A stretch of 62,907 bases of DNA, filler included, from Bipalium vagum (taxonomy: Eukaryota): assembly GCA_037834085.1 (NCBI GenBank). It is 3 parts of 3 records of this genome, joined end to end, with 100 filler letters (N's around TTAATTAATTAA, not from the genome) between each part and the next. Parts side by side here need not be neighbours in the genome. Positions count along the whole stretch, not along the records: positions 26,922 to 44,652 come from JBBMKC010053489.1; positions 44,753 to 62,907 come from JBBMKC010039034.1; 1 more part is not named here. One strand, given 5' to 3'. This document shows, in pieces, positions 37,101 through 50,742 of this stretch (positions are counted from its first letter, which is position 1; each line of letters begins with the position of its first letter). A model generated the notes under the pieces. The model was not told the origin of the DNA. It made no database searches and was given only the letters and a program-made list of their open reading frames with translations. The position numbers and the translations under genes are program-made.

Positions 37101-40100
37101 GTTCGAGGATTTCTTGAACATATCAGACAACAAAGAATGAAATTGGTGCAAACAGAGGTATGACATTATATTTTTATTCCACGTCAATTTTTTTCATTTA
37201 TTGATTACCTCTAACAATTTTTTATAATTTTCCATCATATTCAATTGACTATTATTATTGATTAATTAATAATATTAATAATAAAATTTATTTTTATTAT
37301 TTATTATAACTTATTGATATATGCTTTACTTTATTTTACAAATGTTATAATAACAATTTTTAAATAAAATCAATGTTTCTTTAATTAATAATAAATGTTG
37401 CTAATTAAATAATTTAATGAAAATATTATTGGGGAAAATTGGCAATAAATAAAAATTTAGCGTGATTTTTTTTGGTTAATTTCTTTTAATTAATCCTTTA
37501 CTCATTGTAAGCCGTATCGATTATTTTGAGTACTTAAAAAGATTAGTTTATTTCCTGTATATTTTGTCAAATATCGGAATATTGGAATTTATCTAAAGTT
37601 GTCAGCTGAAATTATCATAAAATCTAATAGGCTCACATAACGACCAGGTAAATTGTTGTAATCGTTACAGATTATTCCATGGACAAGGTCGAATTATCGA
37701 TTTTTGTTTGGTATGATTTTCCATTATTAAGTCGTTTTGTGTTTATCTTATTAAAATTATTAATCGTTTCCTTTATTAGTGGAGGTATCACAGATCCGTT
37801 GATCATTATTGATTAATAACCCATTTATTTTACATTTCTATTATTATCATTAGTTTAACTGTTTTAGATATTATTATAGACTCTGAAACTTAAATTTTGT
37901 TTAGTCTATTTCCAAAGCTTAGGTTTATTGTTATTATAATTGATTTTCTTTAAGCTCTCTTTTTCTTTAATTTATAACAGTTCTTTTAACGACTTTCTTC
38001 TTTCATGTCAGTCTCAATACGCATTTATCCATGATGTGCTTTACGAATATTTCATTCATCCCGACCAAGAAATTCCCAAATTCGAGTTGTCCTCATATAT
38101 TACAAAACTCGTACAACTGAACTCATTGGGTACTACGAAACTGATATTACAATTTAAAGTAAGTTTTTTTCTGGTCATGCTCTCACTGTTTACTCACTGG
38201 CTTTTTTCTCTTTAGGAGTGTATAGCTTTCGAACCTACCGATTTCGATTATACTGAGTCGAAAAAGCCTTGTAATGTTTCTAAAAATCGATCCGGAATCG
38301 TATTGCCAAGTAATTCGATTGATCTTTCTCTCAATCAATTTCCGTTGTTTTGTTTTTAAGTCGAACCCCGTAGAATAAATCTGTCCAGTGAACCCGGTGT
38401 TGAAGGTTCCAATTATATCAATGCTTCTGCAATCCAGGTTGGAAATTATTTATTATTATTATTATTTTCCGCTAGTTTTTATTTTATGATTATTTGTTTT
38501 AGATTTTGTTTTGTTTTTAGATTATTATTTTTTACTTCGGAAATCATTACTTTTATTGGTAAATATACATAAATCAATTTTTTTTAAAAATTCATGAAAA
38601 TAAATTTCAAAAAAATCAAATAATATTATGTCCCCTATAAAATGTCTTTTTTTATTATTTAGACTTAGATGAAACATATTTCTGTGTATAAAAAAATATG
38701 AATTTATTAGTATTTTAAAATTCGCTTAACCCTCTAAATACAGGATGTGTCAGAAAAATCTGGACAAAGTTTAATTGAAATTTATATTTATGCTTGATTT
38801 AATTATACGAGTTAACATTTGTTTAAACATGCTATATTTTTTGTAAATTGCGCACAATTGTCAGAAATGAGAAATCCAATCATCTTGATTCCATAATAAT
38901 AAAATATAAATAAAATTTAAATTAATAATAATAATAATGAATGAAGTAATATTAAAATTGTTGAAACGAGTTATAATAAAATGAAAATCATAGTACTTCA
39001 TAATATAGAAATATATGAATAAAATTAACGAGACCCAGTAAGTATTATATAAATTAATAATTCGTAATTAGGAAAAGAATGCAATCAGAAGGATGAAAAT
39101 TAAGAGAAAATTACAGTGACCTCGAATATTGATTCCAAGTTTTAAAATTTTTGTTGTAATAATTATTTCTGTAAGTCTTTTAGTCGTTTAATTCTTCATT
39201 TCGCCTAATTGACGACTATACCAAAAACTCTTAATTGTTTTATCGGACGATAGAAGCTCGTAATAAATTATATTTTCCAATCTTACTAAATAATTTATAA
39301 ATTATTTATCTTAGAAAATCAATATTAACTTAAATTAGTTTATTTTCAAACGATAATAATGATAAAATATTTGAAATGAATTTTATATTGATTTATTTGA
39401 CTCAGGGTTATTGGTACATGAAAGAATTCATAATCACTCAACATCCTCTCGAGGAAACCGAGCAAGATTTCTGGAAAATGGTTTGGGATCAAAACTGTAG
39501 CTTGATCGTGTTGTTATCCAATGAAAATTTGCACAAATTCTGGACTACATCGGATAATAATGTTGTGCTTCATTCACTTGTATTTTCTCTCGTTAATGAT
39601 CAATATATTTCGTTCTTTAGACACGTGATTTTCGGGGGATTAACGTCACTCATTGCAGTCACGAAGAAATGGAATGTTCTGCCAAATACGGCTTTCTGAT
39701 CAGTTCTTCCCGAGAAGATTATGCGTTGGAATGTGATATGCTCTGTCTGAAAAGTTGGCCCGACACTGTGTCTCAGTGCACCGAATTGCTACGGATTTTG
39801 TTTGAAGTAAATTCTCGAAAACTGAAGAATCCCGTTATCGTTATCGATGAGTATGGGATTTTTTATTCACTTATTTTTATAATTGATTTCTTATTGTCAA
39901 ATTTCAATATATATTAAAAATTTTATATTATATATTAATATTAAATAATAATGAAAAATTGAAAATTATATTTTTATAATATATTATTGATCAATTATTT
40001 TAAATGTTTAATTTTGTATCAGATTTAATGATAAATAAATTTTCATTTTATAAACTATTGATTTATATTTTTCATATAATATTTGATGGTTATTTTATTT

Positions 40101-41460
40101 AATAATTTGATTTTATTGAATACGGATTAAAATTTATTGATATTTTTATTAAATAAGTATTACCAACCCATTATTGACTATTTTCTTAATTAATAATAAC
40201 ATTAATTGTTCAATTTTCTTTAATCAAGTTGGAAATATGCATAAATTGTGTTTTTTCGGTCGATTTATTTTTAAAAAACTATTTTATTATATTGCTAGAT
40301 TTTTTTATTTAAAAGTCTTATTGATTTTTTTTCCCAAATAATACATCTATTTTATTTGATAATAAAAATATCGGTATGTATTTTTTTAATCTATGATTTT
40401 TCTTATTTTTATCGATTTCCCGTGCTGAGCTATTGATTAGAATTAGAATTGATTTTGTCTTATTTAAAATCAATTTTTCATTATTACATCATTGATTATT
40501 GATCTTGTATTATTTTTAACTATTTCTATGTTTCTCGTAACAAAAATCCATAATCGATTCTGTCTACCTAGATTCGGCAGAAATAGAGCAGGTATATTTG
40601 TAGCCATGAGTTCCCTTTTGCATCAGCTCAAAACCGATCAGGCCGTCAATGTATATTTCGTCATGAAAATGATCCACATCGAACGTCCCCATGTATTCAC
40701 TAGTAGCGACGAACTTTTGTTTCTCTACGAATTATTGGAATTTGTTATTGAGCACGAAAACACATACGCCTTCTTTTCCCAGCCCGATCAAGATTCCGTC
40801 GTTCCCAACGGTTTCATTGCAATTGGTGATCGGACGACAGATAATAAATCACCGCTTCTTCGTCTACTTATTCACCATGACAATAGCAATGAAAACAGAA
40901 ATAATAATACTCCGTCTTCGCTGTCATCGTCATCGTCATCAGTTGATCGTCGTCACTATGCCAAACTTCGATCCACATTTTCATTGTCAACCAACCTTTG
41001 TCGACAACCGTCTGTGGATTTGGAATCATCTCCGGTGTTTAAATCACCAAACAATGGAAAATACTTCTCTTCCAATCGAACCAGTTGGAATTGTGGCGAC
41101 ACGAGATCAAAGAAGACCAATGTGACACTGAAACTCGTTCCGTTGTCGTTGGACGGTGGAAGTTCCGACGATTGGCCAAGTAATACCAACCAATCGACAG
41201 ACGACGGAGAGCGGGAAGAAGAGAAAGAAGACCATACCACCACCGGTACCGGTACCGCAACGGGCACTGAAACCAGAACCAGTAGTAGCAGTAGAAGTAG
41301 CACTACAAATATATTTCAACCGATACCACCACTACCACCCCGCCTTTTCAATGTTTCGCTTCCCGCTGTCGAAATCGTTTCCATGCCTTCCCAGGAGGAA
41401 GACAAAAGTCCTAACAATGTTCATTTTTCAGATTTCGATAAAGGTTTGACCGTGCTTTAG
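28188..41460 (+). CDS. Ptp99A: Receptor-type protein tyrosine phosphatase, R5-like (Ptp99A/PTPRG/PTPRZ group): SP-Ig-FN3 repeats-TM-PTP D1-PTP D2-S/T-rich tail
   Basis: Exons: 28188-28260 (signal peptide), 28336-28605 (Ig), 28661-28781, 30181-30535, 30797-31021, 31079-31256, 32783-33003, 33461-33617, 33977-34091 (TM), 34150-34230, 34269-34366, 36202-36295, 36351-36424, 36491-36751, 36801-36949, 37022-37157, 38012-38158, 38216-38309, 38361-38437, 39406-~39561, 39621-39850, 40572-41460. D1: [43 protein letters not shown]2: [19 protein letters not shown], and Cys replaced by Asp in VIDEFG. The orthology label is tentative. Confidence 0.9.
31620..31690 (+). repeat. tRNA-Ala-derived repeat or pseudo-tRNA in an RPTP intron
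   Basis: GGAGATGTAGCTCAGTGG...GGTTTGAATCCCGATATCTCC; the acceptor stem pairs (GGAGAT/ATCTCC), the anticodon arm is disrupted and the B box is mutated. Confidence 0.75.
34590..35518 (-). mobile_element. Miniature non-autonomous LTR retroelement (TRIM-like), 929 bp, in an RPTP intron
   Basis: Direct repeats at 34590-34680 and about 35426-35518; outer termini AGTTA...TAACT; 5-bp TSD CTAAG (34585-34589 and 35519-35523); minus-strand PPT GAAGGGGG abutting the left LTR; internal integrase C-terminal remnant YEGPYKIT. Confidence 0.9.
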
Positions 41461-42384
41461 CAACTTGATGCTGAGAAATCAATAGTCCAAAATCCTACCC
41501 AACACATTGAGAAATCTATAACACAATATCCCAACACACTTGAGTGTGTGAAAAAACTTGAGGTTCGATTGTTTATATATATATATATATCGATTTTTTA
41601 ATTTGCACTTATTATTGATTATTCGGTCTTATTTAATCAGAGATTAATAATTGTGAATATATATAACTATTTTTGTCATTCCGAATATCGGTTTATTCAT
41701 GTCAATTATTGGTTCGTTGTGGTCGTAAACTTAGTTTCATTATTGATTGATGGATGATTGATTATTATTTATAATTATTGATTATTATTAATTCTCTCTC
41801 ATAGTAACACATAAATTTGTATAAAGAAATATATATATATATATATATATTGTTTGTGTCTAAAAATTTAAGTCATCGTATTTTATATTAAATGTTTGAT
41901 TTGTTTTATAAGTGTATTTTTCGTATCAATAAACAGGTTATGATTTTTTTAATGGAAAATTTTCAATATTTCATTTAGTGTTATGAAAGATAAGGTTAAA
42001 TGCATCTGGTATTTTGGTATCGAATTTGAAAATCATATTTGCTTTTTATTCGAATTCGCAGTCTAAAAATGCTTATCGAACTTGGTATGACTCCTGGCCA
42101 ACTGTAGTGAGTAAAATTAACGAAATCAAAATCCTTAATTACTGAAATTTTTGAAATAAATTATGCAACTTAGTAACCTGCTTTCATTCACTTTACCTAC
42201 ATCTTAAGAAAACTGAAATCTATTCGAATTTTTTGTTAAAATGTATGTTATATTGTTTTGAATAATAACATTTATGTATCACATTTAGGATTAGATAATA
42301 ATTTGATGTTTCTTATTGAAATCCAAATGCCGAAAAGTATTAAAAATATTCACATCAGGCGTGAATTGCGAAGGCAGCAAAGCT

Positions 42385-42518
42385 TTAGAGACTTCAGGAA
42401 AAATTCTGAAAATCTATTCTTTTGAAGGAATCTTGTTGCCATCTTTTTTTTTCCCAAACCACTTTTTTGCATTAACAGAGTCCTTCAAGATTTTCAGAAT
42501 TTTTCCTGAAGTCTTTAA
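42385..42518. repeat. Long hairpin-forming inverted repeat
   Basis: Left arm ttagagacttcaggaaaaattctgaaaatc...ttgaagga pairs with right arm tccttcaagattttcagaatttttcctgaagtctttaa. Confidence 0.85.
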
Positions 42519-42723
42519 GATCGTCCGCCGTCTATCCGTTGTCGACGTTGACAAGCTAAACAGATTGATTAATGAAAAATAAGAATCCACTTATATGAAA
42601 AATCACATAGAGCCGGAAGCTGAGAATAATATAAATTAGTATTACTTGCACATTTCAACTTATACATTCGCGATTTTGAAAATTAATAATAATTTTTAAC
42701 AATCAACAATTTGCTAACAATTA

Positions 42724-43332
42724 CAGGGTGACCAGAAAAAACCCAGACTAACATTTTTAACTAATATTTTTATAACCAAAAGAAATATAAGAAGAAAATA
42801 AAAAAATGAATCATTTTGAATTTATATATTCAATTGGTTTCGAAATGTCCACCCTTTTCGCGAATACAGTTTTCCAGAAGTTTTGTAAAATTTTCAGCAA
42901 TTGGCCGCGGCTCTTTGGGTGAAACACAGTCTCATTCTCGACTCAGATATTCTTTCAGTGCTTCCAAATTTTGGTGACGCTTAGCACATACTCTGCTTAA
43001 TAAAATAGACCGTATAGTGTACTCCAGCGGGTTAAGATCCGGGGAGTATGGCGGCTATTCTTGGGACGTGACAAAATCCGGCAATTTGGATTTGCACCAT
43101 GTCTGAGTCTTTTTGGTCTTATGGGCTGGAGCGGAGTCTTGTTGAAAGATCCATTCTTCGTTTTAGAAATGGTGTTTGGACAAATGAAGTAATACAGATT
43201 CCAGTATGTCACTTCGATATACTTCTTGATTGGTTGCCTAGATTTCAATAAACGAAAAATTATATTAATAAAACAGAAAAGTTTCTTTCAATGACACAGC
43301 AAACTTTGTTCGGATTTTTTTTGGTCATCCTG
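42724..43332 (-). mobile_element. Internally deleted maT (DD37D) transposon with both TIRs
   Basis: TA|CAGGGTGACCAGAAAAAA...TTTTTTTGGTCATCCTG|TA. The minus strand reads WIFQQDSAPAH...*PPYSPDLNPLEY, with 37 residues between the second and third acidic positions. Confidence 0.88.
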
Positions 43333-44652
43333 TATAAATAGGAAAATATGTAATCCCAAAAATGTTAAATTAACTTATTTCTCATTTAAGAAGATATGTA
43401 AATAGTTGATTTGGAGCTGACATCAGAAATTCAAAAATGCTGACAATATTTTGTAGATAAGTAATAGTAACATTTACATAATTTGATTTATTTAACTTGT
43501 TGAAAGGTTTTGGTAAAATTAAGGTACTTCGATTCTAGAATTCATCATATTCTTCCTGAGTTTAAGTTGTTAAGTTTAAGTAACAACAATAAAATATTGA
43601 AAGTCTGCTTAATTAAGTTTTCTTAAAATGATTTTTTGTCAGAAAGTAAATAATTTTATATTAAATACGAAATAACTAAAATTTGGTATTCAAAGTGATG
43701 ATATTGACATACTTAACTGTAGGTCAATGTTTCCAAGCTGGGTCGTGATGATTAAATTTAGGTCTTTGTTACTTATATTAATGATAGATGTTTCCTAAGA
43801 TCTATCTTGTTAAGATAAATCTTCTTTTTTGAATAGATTTGTATGTGTTAGAGCGCAACAGGTGTACCTTGCATATGTCACATTTCATCTTTATATGCAC
43901 ATATTAAAACCCAATTTGAATTAAAACCCCACAATGACACTTTATCCGCGCTTTAATTGAATCAAAGCAATCACAATAACACTTTATTAAAAATAATAAG
44001 AACATCGTACAATACAGTCCCGTTTAATATACAGAAAGATCAAACATCTGAAAAGTCACAATCACAAAATTGATCAGAGGTCCGCACAGAATAATATGAT
44101 TAAATGTCAAATCAAATGAAATAATATATAGTTTAAAAAATACACTAAATAAATATTAATGCCAAAATTTAGTATGAAATATTATTAAAGAAAATTAAGG
44201 GGTTCCCGGATCGTCCTTGTTGCTCGGTTATCATCAAAGAAAATAAAATTACGGAAATCAACGAATCCTCAGCAATAATTAGTCGGTAATATCTAATCTT
44301 CAAAGCAATTCTTCGGCAATAATAAATGTTTAACACTATTTTTAGTTTTCGTTCTGGGTCAATTTGTGGAGCATCCCACAATAAACATTTTTTATATTTA
44401 ATTATTGAGTAACTTTACTGATTTTTAAATGATCAATGAATGTCGTGATTTTAATAAATATTTTTATTTATTTATATTGTGTAAAGTTTTGTGGCTGATC
44501 ACCAGAAAACTATCTTTTAATTAATTATTATTATTAATCAGAAAAACAATAAATAAGGAAATTATACAGAAAATCATAATAGATATTAATAATTACTAAA
44601 ATTAGAAAATAATACAAATAAAATTATACAGGTTACTAAAAATAGATTTTAG

Positions 44653-44752
44653 NNNNNNNNNNNNNNNNNNNNNNNNNNNNNNNNNNNNNNNNNNNNTTAA
44701 TTAATTAANNNNNNNNNNNNNNNNNNNNNNNNNNNNNNNNNNNNNNNNNNNN
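44653..44752. other. Assembly gap with artificial TTAATTAATTAA spacer
   Basis: 44 N + 12-mer + 44 N. Confidence 0.95.
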
Positions 44753-47170
44753 ATAAAAATATTATTTATATTGTATAATAATATTACGTTTATAAGGAAA
44801 ATGATTATTTCTCCTCTTGATATTTTCTATTTTTCTAGCAAAGCGGTAGAATTTAATAAAATCTTTCCAGGAATTCTTTCATTATAAAAAATGGTATTGT
44901 TTGAATGGGGGTTGTCAACTTCAACAATTGTATAAATTCATAAAGAGAAATTGTATTTGTAAGCTCTGGTCACGTAGTACATTACCCCACAATGACAATG
45001 GGACTTAATAACCTTTTACAATATCCCTAATTATTTTATCATAAGTCCGCAAATTTATATACTTTTTACAAATATATAAATAGAATGGTTTTATCTTTTT
45101 ATTCGAAAGGTTTTGTCTGATAAGTTACCTAATTTCTAGGTATTGTTATAAAAAAAGAATGAAAATTATAAATTAAAGACCAGTATATATTTTTAGAAAA
45201 TAGACATGACTTTATACTTCAAACAATAATTTCTGTGAAGAAAGATATAAAAGAGGCTTAATAAAGGAATTACTTCATAGAGTATGGTCATTAACATAAG
45301 ACTGTAAAGAGAGATAAGGAACTGGATCTTACTAAAGAAGGATTAACAAGGAATGCACACCCTGATAGAAAAGTAGAAAGATCATCAATGAAACTATTAA
45401 TAAATTAATAATTGGATTTGATAACATATTTTTATTAAAAACGACACGATTCAAAACACGATCATTTAATTGATTAAAATGTTTATCTTCAAATATCAAT
45501 GACTGAAGGAGAATTAATAACAAGTTCGAAACATATATCATAATATTAAATGTTTTCTGTTGATAAAAAGTGTTTACTTGAAAAATAAATTGCTTATTTT
45601 CACAGTGACAGTCTTATGAAACTTATCAAGCATTTTAATCTTTTAAAATACTACCCAGAAAGGTCACGATTTTGATCTGGAGTAATGAAAAAATCTCAAA
45701 GTATTCATTTCCATTTGGTAATACTGGAAGTATTTTCTTAATTCAAAGATTATATTTTTCAATGGTAACTGTGAACATATATAATGTAACGGTTAACCAG
45801 CTTATCTTCACTATTTTTTGTGATTTTATAAATTATGGGATTCAGTTTTACTTTCTTTTACCTCCAAACCTGAAAGAAAACCGTGGTGCAGAACGCAACG
45901 TCTCAGATATCCTTCGACTACTTTCCTATAGAAAGTATACAACAGAAATATTAATTCCAATTTATGAAGAACAAAGGACAAGATTAAACAAAGTAAAAAA
46001 AATTATTTTTTAAAAAAGCAATACACATTGTGATATATTAAAGACGGGACGATAAAATAAACAAACATTAGCCAAAGATCAATATAATGAAAGGAAGAAT
46101 ATAATGGGTCCCCTTAAAACTAAAAGGCAGGCGAAATTCCAATCCAATTTAATGAAATAAATAAATAAATAATTTGTTGAAAAATATTTTTTCTTGGTGA
46201 AATAATTTTCCAATGTCACGTACACGAGTCGGTTTTGATTTGAATTATAATTTTTCAGAATTTTTTTTTCTTTCAAAAAAAAGTTTTGGAAATAAAAAAA
46301 AGTCCCCAAAATTCCTCCTTTCGCTCCTCGTTAAAAATCAATAAAACCATTACAATTTTTGTTTGTTGCATAAATAAAACAAAATCCTAATATTTGTACG
46401 TGTAACACGTTGTTTATCAAGCAACCTTGACTTGTTTGGTTTAGAAAAGAAATCAAAAATCAATAAAGACAACATTTCTTATTTCACACAAGAATACTTG
46501 AGAAAAATAATATTCATTATTGATCTCTTCAAATCCAAAAGTGAATCAAATTATAGTGATAAAGTATATTGACGAAATTATTTTCAATTTTTAATCCTGG
46601 TTAAAACAAAAATCAGCTTAATATTCCAAGTGGGTTTTTTTTCAAGTTTTTAATTTTTCATTTAAGTAATTTTTCTTGGGAAAAATAAAAGAGATCAAAT
46701 AGACCAATTCGTTATTGTTAAAAATTGGGGAAAAATTCCCTTTTCCGTGCCAATTTACAGTACAGAATTATTTGAAGAATTATTTATTTTTCACTTAGAT
46801 CAGTAATTATGTCCATTTTAAATATTATTATATTTGTCATTTCGGCCTTCGTATTTTTTATTTTTTTAAATAAAATATTTATTTATTTATTATATTTTAT
46901 ATTATATTTTTTTATATTTATTTATTTTTATTGATTAAATAATAATATTAAATATTAAATATCAAATATTTCAATTTTTCTATTAAATCTTTTAACCCTT
47001 AAATTAAATTATCATAACTGGCTTTTATTTATATAAATGAAATGAGAAATCTTTTTACTATTTATAAAATAATCATTATGAAATATCGAAACCCAACAAT
47101 GGAATTCTTGAACATTCTAAAGCATTACACGTTTTGCACTATATTAATATTATAATTATACTATTCTTCT

Positions 47171-47443
47171 TTGAACTTTTATCATGATATCGTTCACGAT
47201 TTAAGAAATACAGCCGAAACCATTTTTCGTCAATATCCACATAATTGTCCCATGTATTATATCTTTAGTGCTGGAACCACTTCAATCTCTTATGAGATTT
47301 CAAATGCCACTGCTGACACCAGTTCTTCGTATTTTTCAATACAAGGTCTTCCAGAGGCTTGTTTTCTTGCAAATGAATCACGTTCAAAAATTGTCTGGCA
47401 ATTTGCTTACATAGTTAATATTTACATTAAAATTCTTGCATAA
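47171..47443 (+). CDS. Probable exon of an uncharacterised gene
   Basis: Less AT-rich open frame (YPHNCPMYYIFSAG...LPEACFLANES) with N-glycosylation sequons; a signal-peptide-like mini exon MSILNIIIFVISAF lies at 46809-46850. Splice phases not resolved. Confidence 0.4.
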   Translation: MNFYHDIVHDLRNTAETIFRQYPHNCPMYYIFSAGTTSISYEISNATADTSSSYFSIQGLPEACFLANESRSKIVWQFAYIVNIYIKILA

Positions 47444-48059
47444 ATCTTGGACCCTTTTTAATTTTGGTTCCACTTTTCCTATCTTAACCAGTATTCTATC
47501 ACAATAAAAGCATTATATTTTTTCGAAAAGAGTTAAAATTTATAAAGTCCTCTTAAAATAAAACAAAAATAGCTATTTAAAACAATTTTTGTAGCTATTT
47601 AGAAGTTGTAAAGCTAATTTGTTTTATCACACTATTCTTATTATTGACAAATCACATTTATTTGAAAATCCAATAATTCTTGTCACTTAATTTTATTTAA
47701 ATATTAAATATTATTTTTATTCTCTTCAACCCAATGTATAAAAAAATATATCTGTGCTATGAACGAAAAATGATTTGTGACCAGGGATATCGAAAAGGAT
47801 TGGTTACTTATAACAATGTGGACGACATGGAAAAGTACTAACAATCTTTTCGAGACAAGATCATTGAATTCTATTGAAATGAAATCTAAAGTACGCCAGA
47901 AATAAGAACAACGAACAAATTATTAAAAAAAAATATAGAAATTCACACAAAATTCGTAATACTTAATACTTTTTAAGAATATTACGGGTACAGATAAATA
48001 ACTCTGACTTATTTTTAATAAAAAAAAGCACGATAATTCCAAAAGATGCATAAAAATTT

Positions 48060-48480
48060 ATTTATTCTAAGAAATGACCACCGCTATCCACACACTCTCC
48101 TATTTTTCAGTTAATTTATGGATACTTTCTCAGTAAAACTTCTCTAATTTTAAAGAGAACCATTAAAGAATAATCTTTAAGCCGTTCAGCATTTCAGTTT
48201 GACTGAAGCAGATAAATTCCAAAGGACCAAAATCTGGTGAATTCTGGAGGTAGATGAGCACTTATCAGACAATATCTTTGACGATATTTCTAACTCCTTC
48301 AGAAATGTCTAGCGATGCTTTTTCATTGAGAAAAATTATATTTTCATCTCTTTTGACCTATTCTAAAAGTTTATCAATAAAAGTTCATCAGACTGAACTA
48401 ATTTGTTTTGATAACAAACTGATAACAGTTTTACTTGGTCTGAGAAACTCATGGTAAACCACAATTTTTTGATCCTACCA
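48060..48480 (-). mobile_element. Decayed Tc1/mariner-superfamily transposase C-terminus
   Basis: Broken frames give SPDFGPLEF and ECVDSGGHFLE-like segments. Confidence 0.4.
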
Positions 48481-48959
48481 AACACGATATTTTCTTTCTT
48501 AATTTTTTAGTTTTTTATTAAGTTGAAGCATAAGTTCGTTCGTTTTTTTTCAAATGAGTTTTTTGTCATAATTCTGTTTTATTTAGCAAAGTATTATGAA
48601 TGCTTTGAAGGCTAATTATCTATTTTATATAATTTTGTTTTACTGAACTAATTTAAAATATTTACTTTGTGGATATTTTAAATTGAACTATGGAATTTAT
48701 TGAAAAAGATGTACTTTACCGACATCTGATGCCTTTTGTATAAAATCGTGGTGGTTTTAAAGTTTGACCTGAGTTAACTCTTGATTTTATAAGTTTTGGA
48801 TTTTATAATAAATACACTGTTTATCTCCTATTAAAATTTGGTTAAGAAAACCTTTCTCTTGTTTCGTTATAACAACACATCACTTACTACTTTTTGATTT
48901 CTCTGTTTTCTTTCGTTTTATTAATTAGGCACTCATTTTCCTTTCTTTAAAATCTTGCC

Positions 48960-49260
48960 CATATAATTTATTCGCGCACATGTTGTTTGCTAAGTAACAT
49001 CTAATCTAATGACAAGCATTTCATCCAATAATGTTTCTAAATGTTGGTCTTTACATTTAGATAAATTATCTGAACGTTCTTTAATCTTCAAACAAAAATC
49101 GTTAGTTCTGAATATCTTGAACCAAAGCTCTTGATTGTTCTGACATATAACAAATTTTTCCATAAACCTCACAATGTTTCTGGTAGTTTTTTGTAGCACC
49201 TTTGCTCATCATAAAAAATGATTAAAAACTTTTCATAAAATGATACGGAATAATGTTGAT
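48960..49260 (-). mobile_element. Decayed mariner transposase N-terminus
   Basis: TTRNI...QELWFKIFRTNDFCLKIKERS resembles mariner WFxxFRxGDFxLxDxxRSG. Confidence 0.45.
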
Positions 49261-50167
49261 ATGTCTAAATCTAAATATTTTGAATATGATAACATCTTTT
49301 TGAAAATTTAAAAAATAACTCAAGAAATTAGTTAAGTAAAACAAAATGGATGAGGTCTGCATTCAAAATTATATAACCGTATGTCAGTGAATCGATTTAA
49401 ATCCGCATTATTTATCTGTACACCCATTATATTAAGCAAAGCCCAAATACCACTTTGTTATTGGTATAGCTTTGATTCCAAGTATGTGGAAATATCAATT
49501 ATCATGATATATAAAAACATCGCATAAAAATAAAGCAAGTGAACTTAAGCTTTCATTTTTATATTTTATTTAATTTTAAACTAAATTATTTTTACAAAAT
49601 AATCCTTTGTCTAATCCTTTCTTTATATTACATTTTTTGACGGGCACAAAACGTTTTATAAAATTTTCTTCTAATCAATATTTTAAATAGTATGGAGAAA
49701 ATGGGAAAATCAAAATCTATTTTTTCCATCATGAAAAAGACCAATTTCAAATTTTAATAAATAAATAATGAAATAGATTTATAAGAAAAAAATAGAATTT
49801 TATTTCCTCGTTCATTTCTCATATATTTTATATTTTTGCAAAATTTTATTTTTTTTCGATTTCAAGACTTGCTTAATATATATTATAATATTCTCAGATT
49901 GGTTTTCTCCAACCGAGTTCGAGTTAGGAAGCACGGCGCTCTTATTTTACTCTCTTTTCTTCATATTTTAATTAAGATCTCGGACAACTAAACCAAATTG
50001 ATGAGTTTATTAATATGTAGAAAATTGATGAAGTAAAAGGCTTTGGAGATGAATGATTGATCATTAATATAATTATTTATTGAAAAGAGCTTTTAAAAAA
50101 TCAAAAATACATATTTTTTAATATAAATCATATTTTCAAACTCATTTGCACGATATTTTTCTTCTAA

Positions 50168-50326
50168 NNNNNNNNNNNNNNNNNNNNNNNNNNNNNNNNN
50201 NNNNNNNNNNNNNNNNNNNNNNNNNNNNNNNNNNNNNNNNNNNNNNNNNNNNNNNNNNNNNNNNNNNNNNNNNNNNNNNNNNNNNNNNNNNNNNNNNNNN
50301 NNNNNNNNNNNNNNNNNNNNNNNNNN
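50168..50326. other. Assembly gap
   Basis: Run of N. Confidence 0.98.
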
Positions 50327-50688
50327 TATAGCTATATTCCTGAGCTGTCATTTGTATTAATAATAGGATAAGACTAAAGTGTAAATATATTTTTGTAATT
50401 CCGATTATTCAAATAAAGTTTGCAAAAATTGACCCCACCTACCTTTTTAATTATTATTTAAATTATTTAATATACAGACATTTTTCAATTTATACATATT
50501 ATCAAATTTGTACATTAAAATTTTAACTAAAATTGTCTAATAACCATTAGAAACTATGACTTATAAAAATTTTAATAATTTGTAAACTTTAAATTATAAA
50601 AATTTAATAATCATTAACTTAGGAGTGAGGTCCTTATTTAAAAACACGCATCCAAACTAATTGTTCGAACCACTTCTTATAATAAAAA

Positions 50689-50689
<1 letters not shown>

Positions 50690-50740
<51 letters not shown>
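50690..50740. repeat. (ATT)n microsatellite
   Basis: Perfect ATT/TTA run of about 17 units. Confidence 0.95.

Positions 50741-50741
<1 letters not shown>

Positions 50742-50742
<1 letters not shown>

Noticed and set aside
40691-41449. Several overlapping alternative-frame and antisense ORFs
   Set aside because: By-products of the GC-richer last RPTP exon.
44820-46013. Cys/His-containing fragments and ORFs 45332 and 45672
   Set aside because: Probably decayed TE sequence, but unassignable from the sequence alone.
50142-50351. ORFs composed of X residues
   Set aside because: They span an N-gap.
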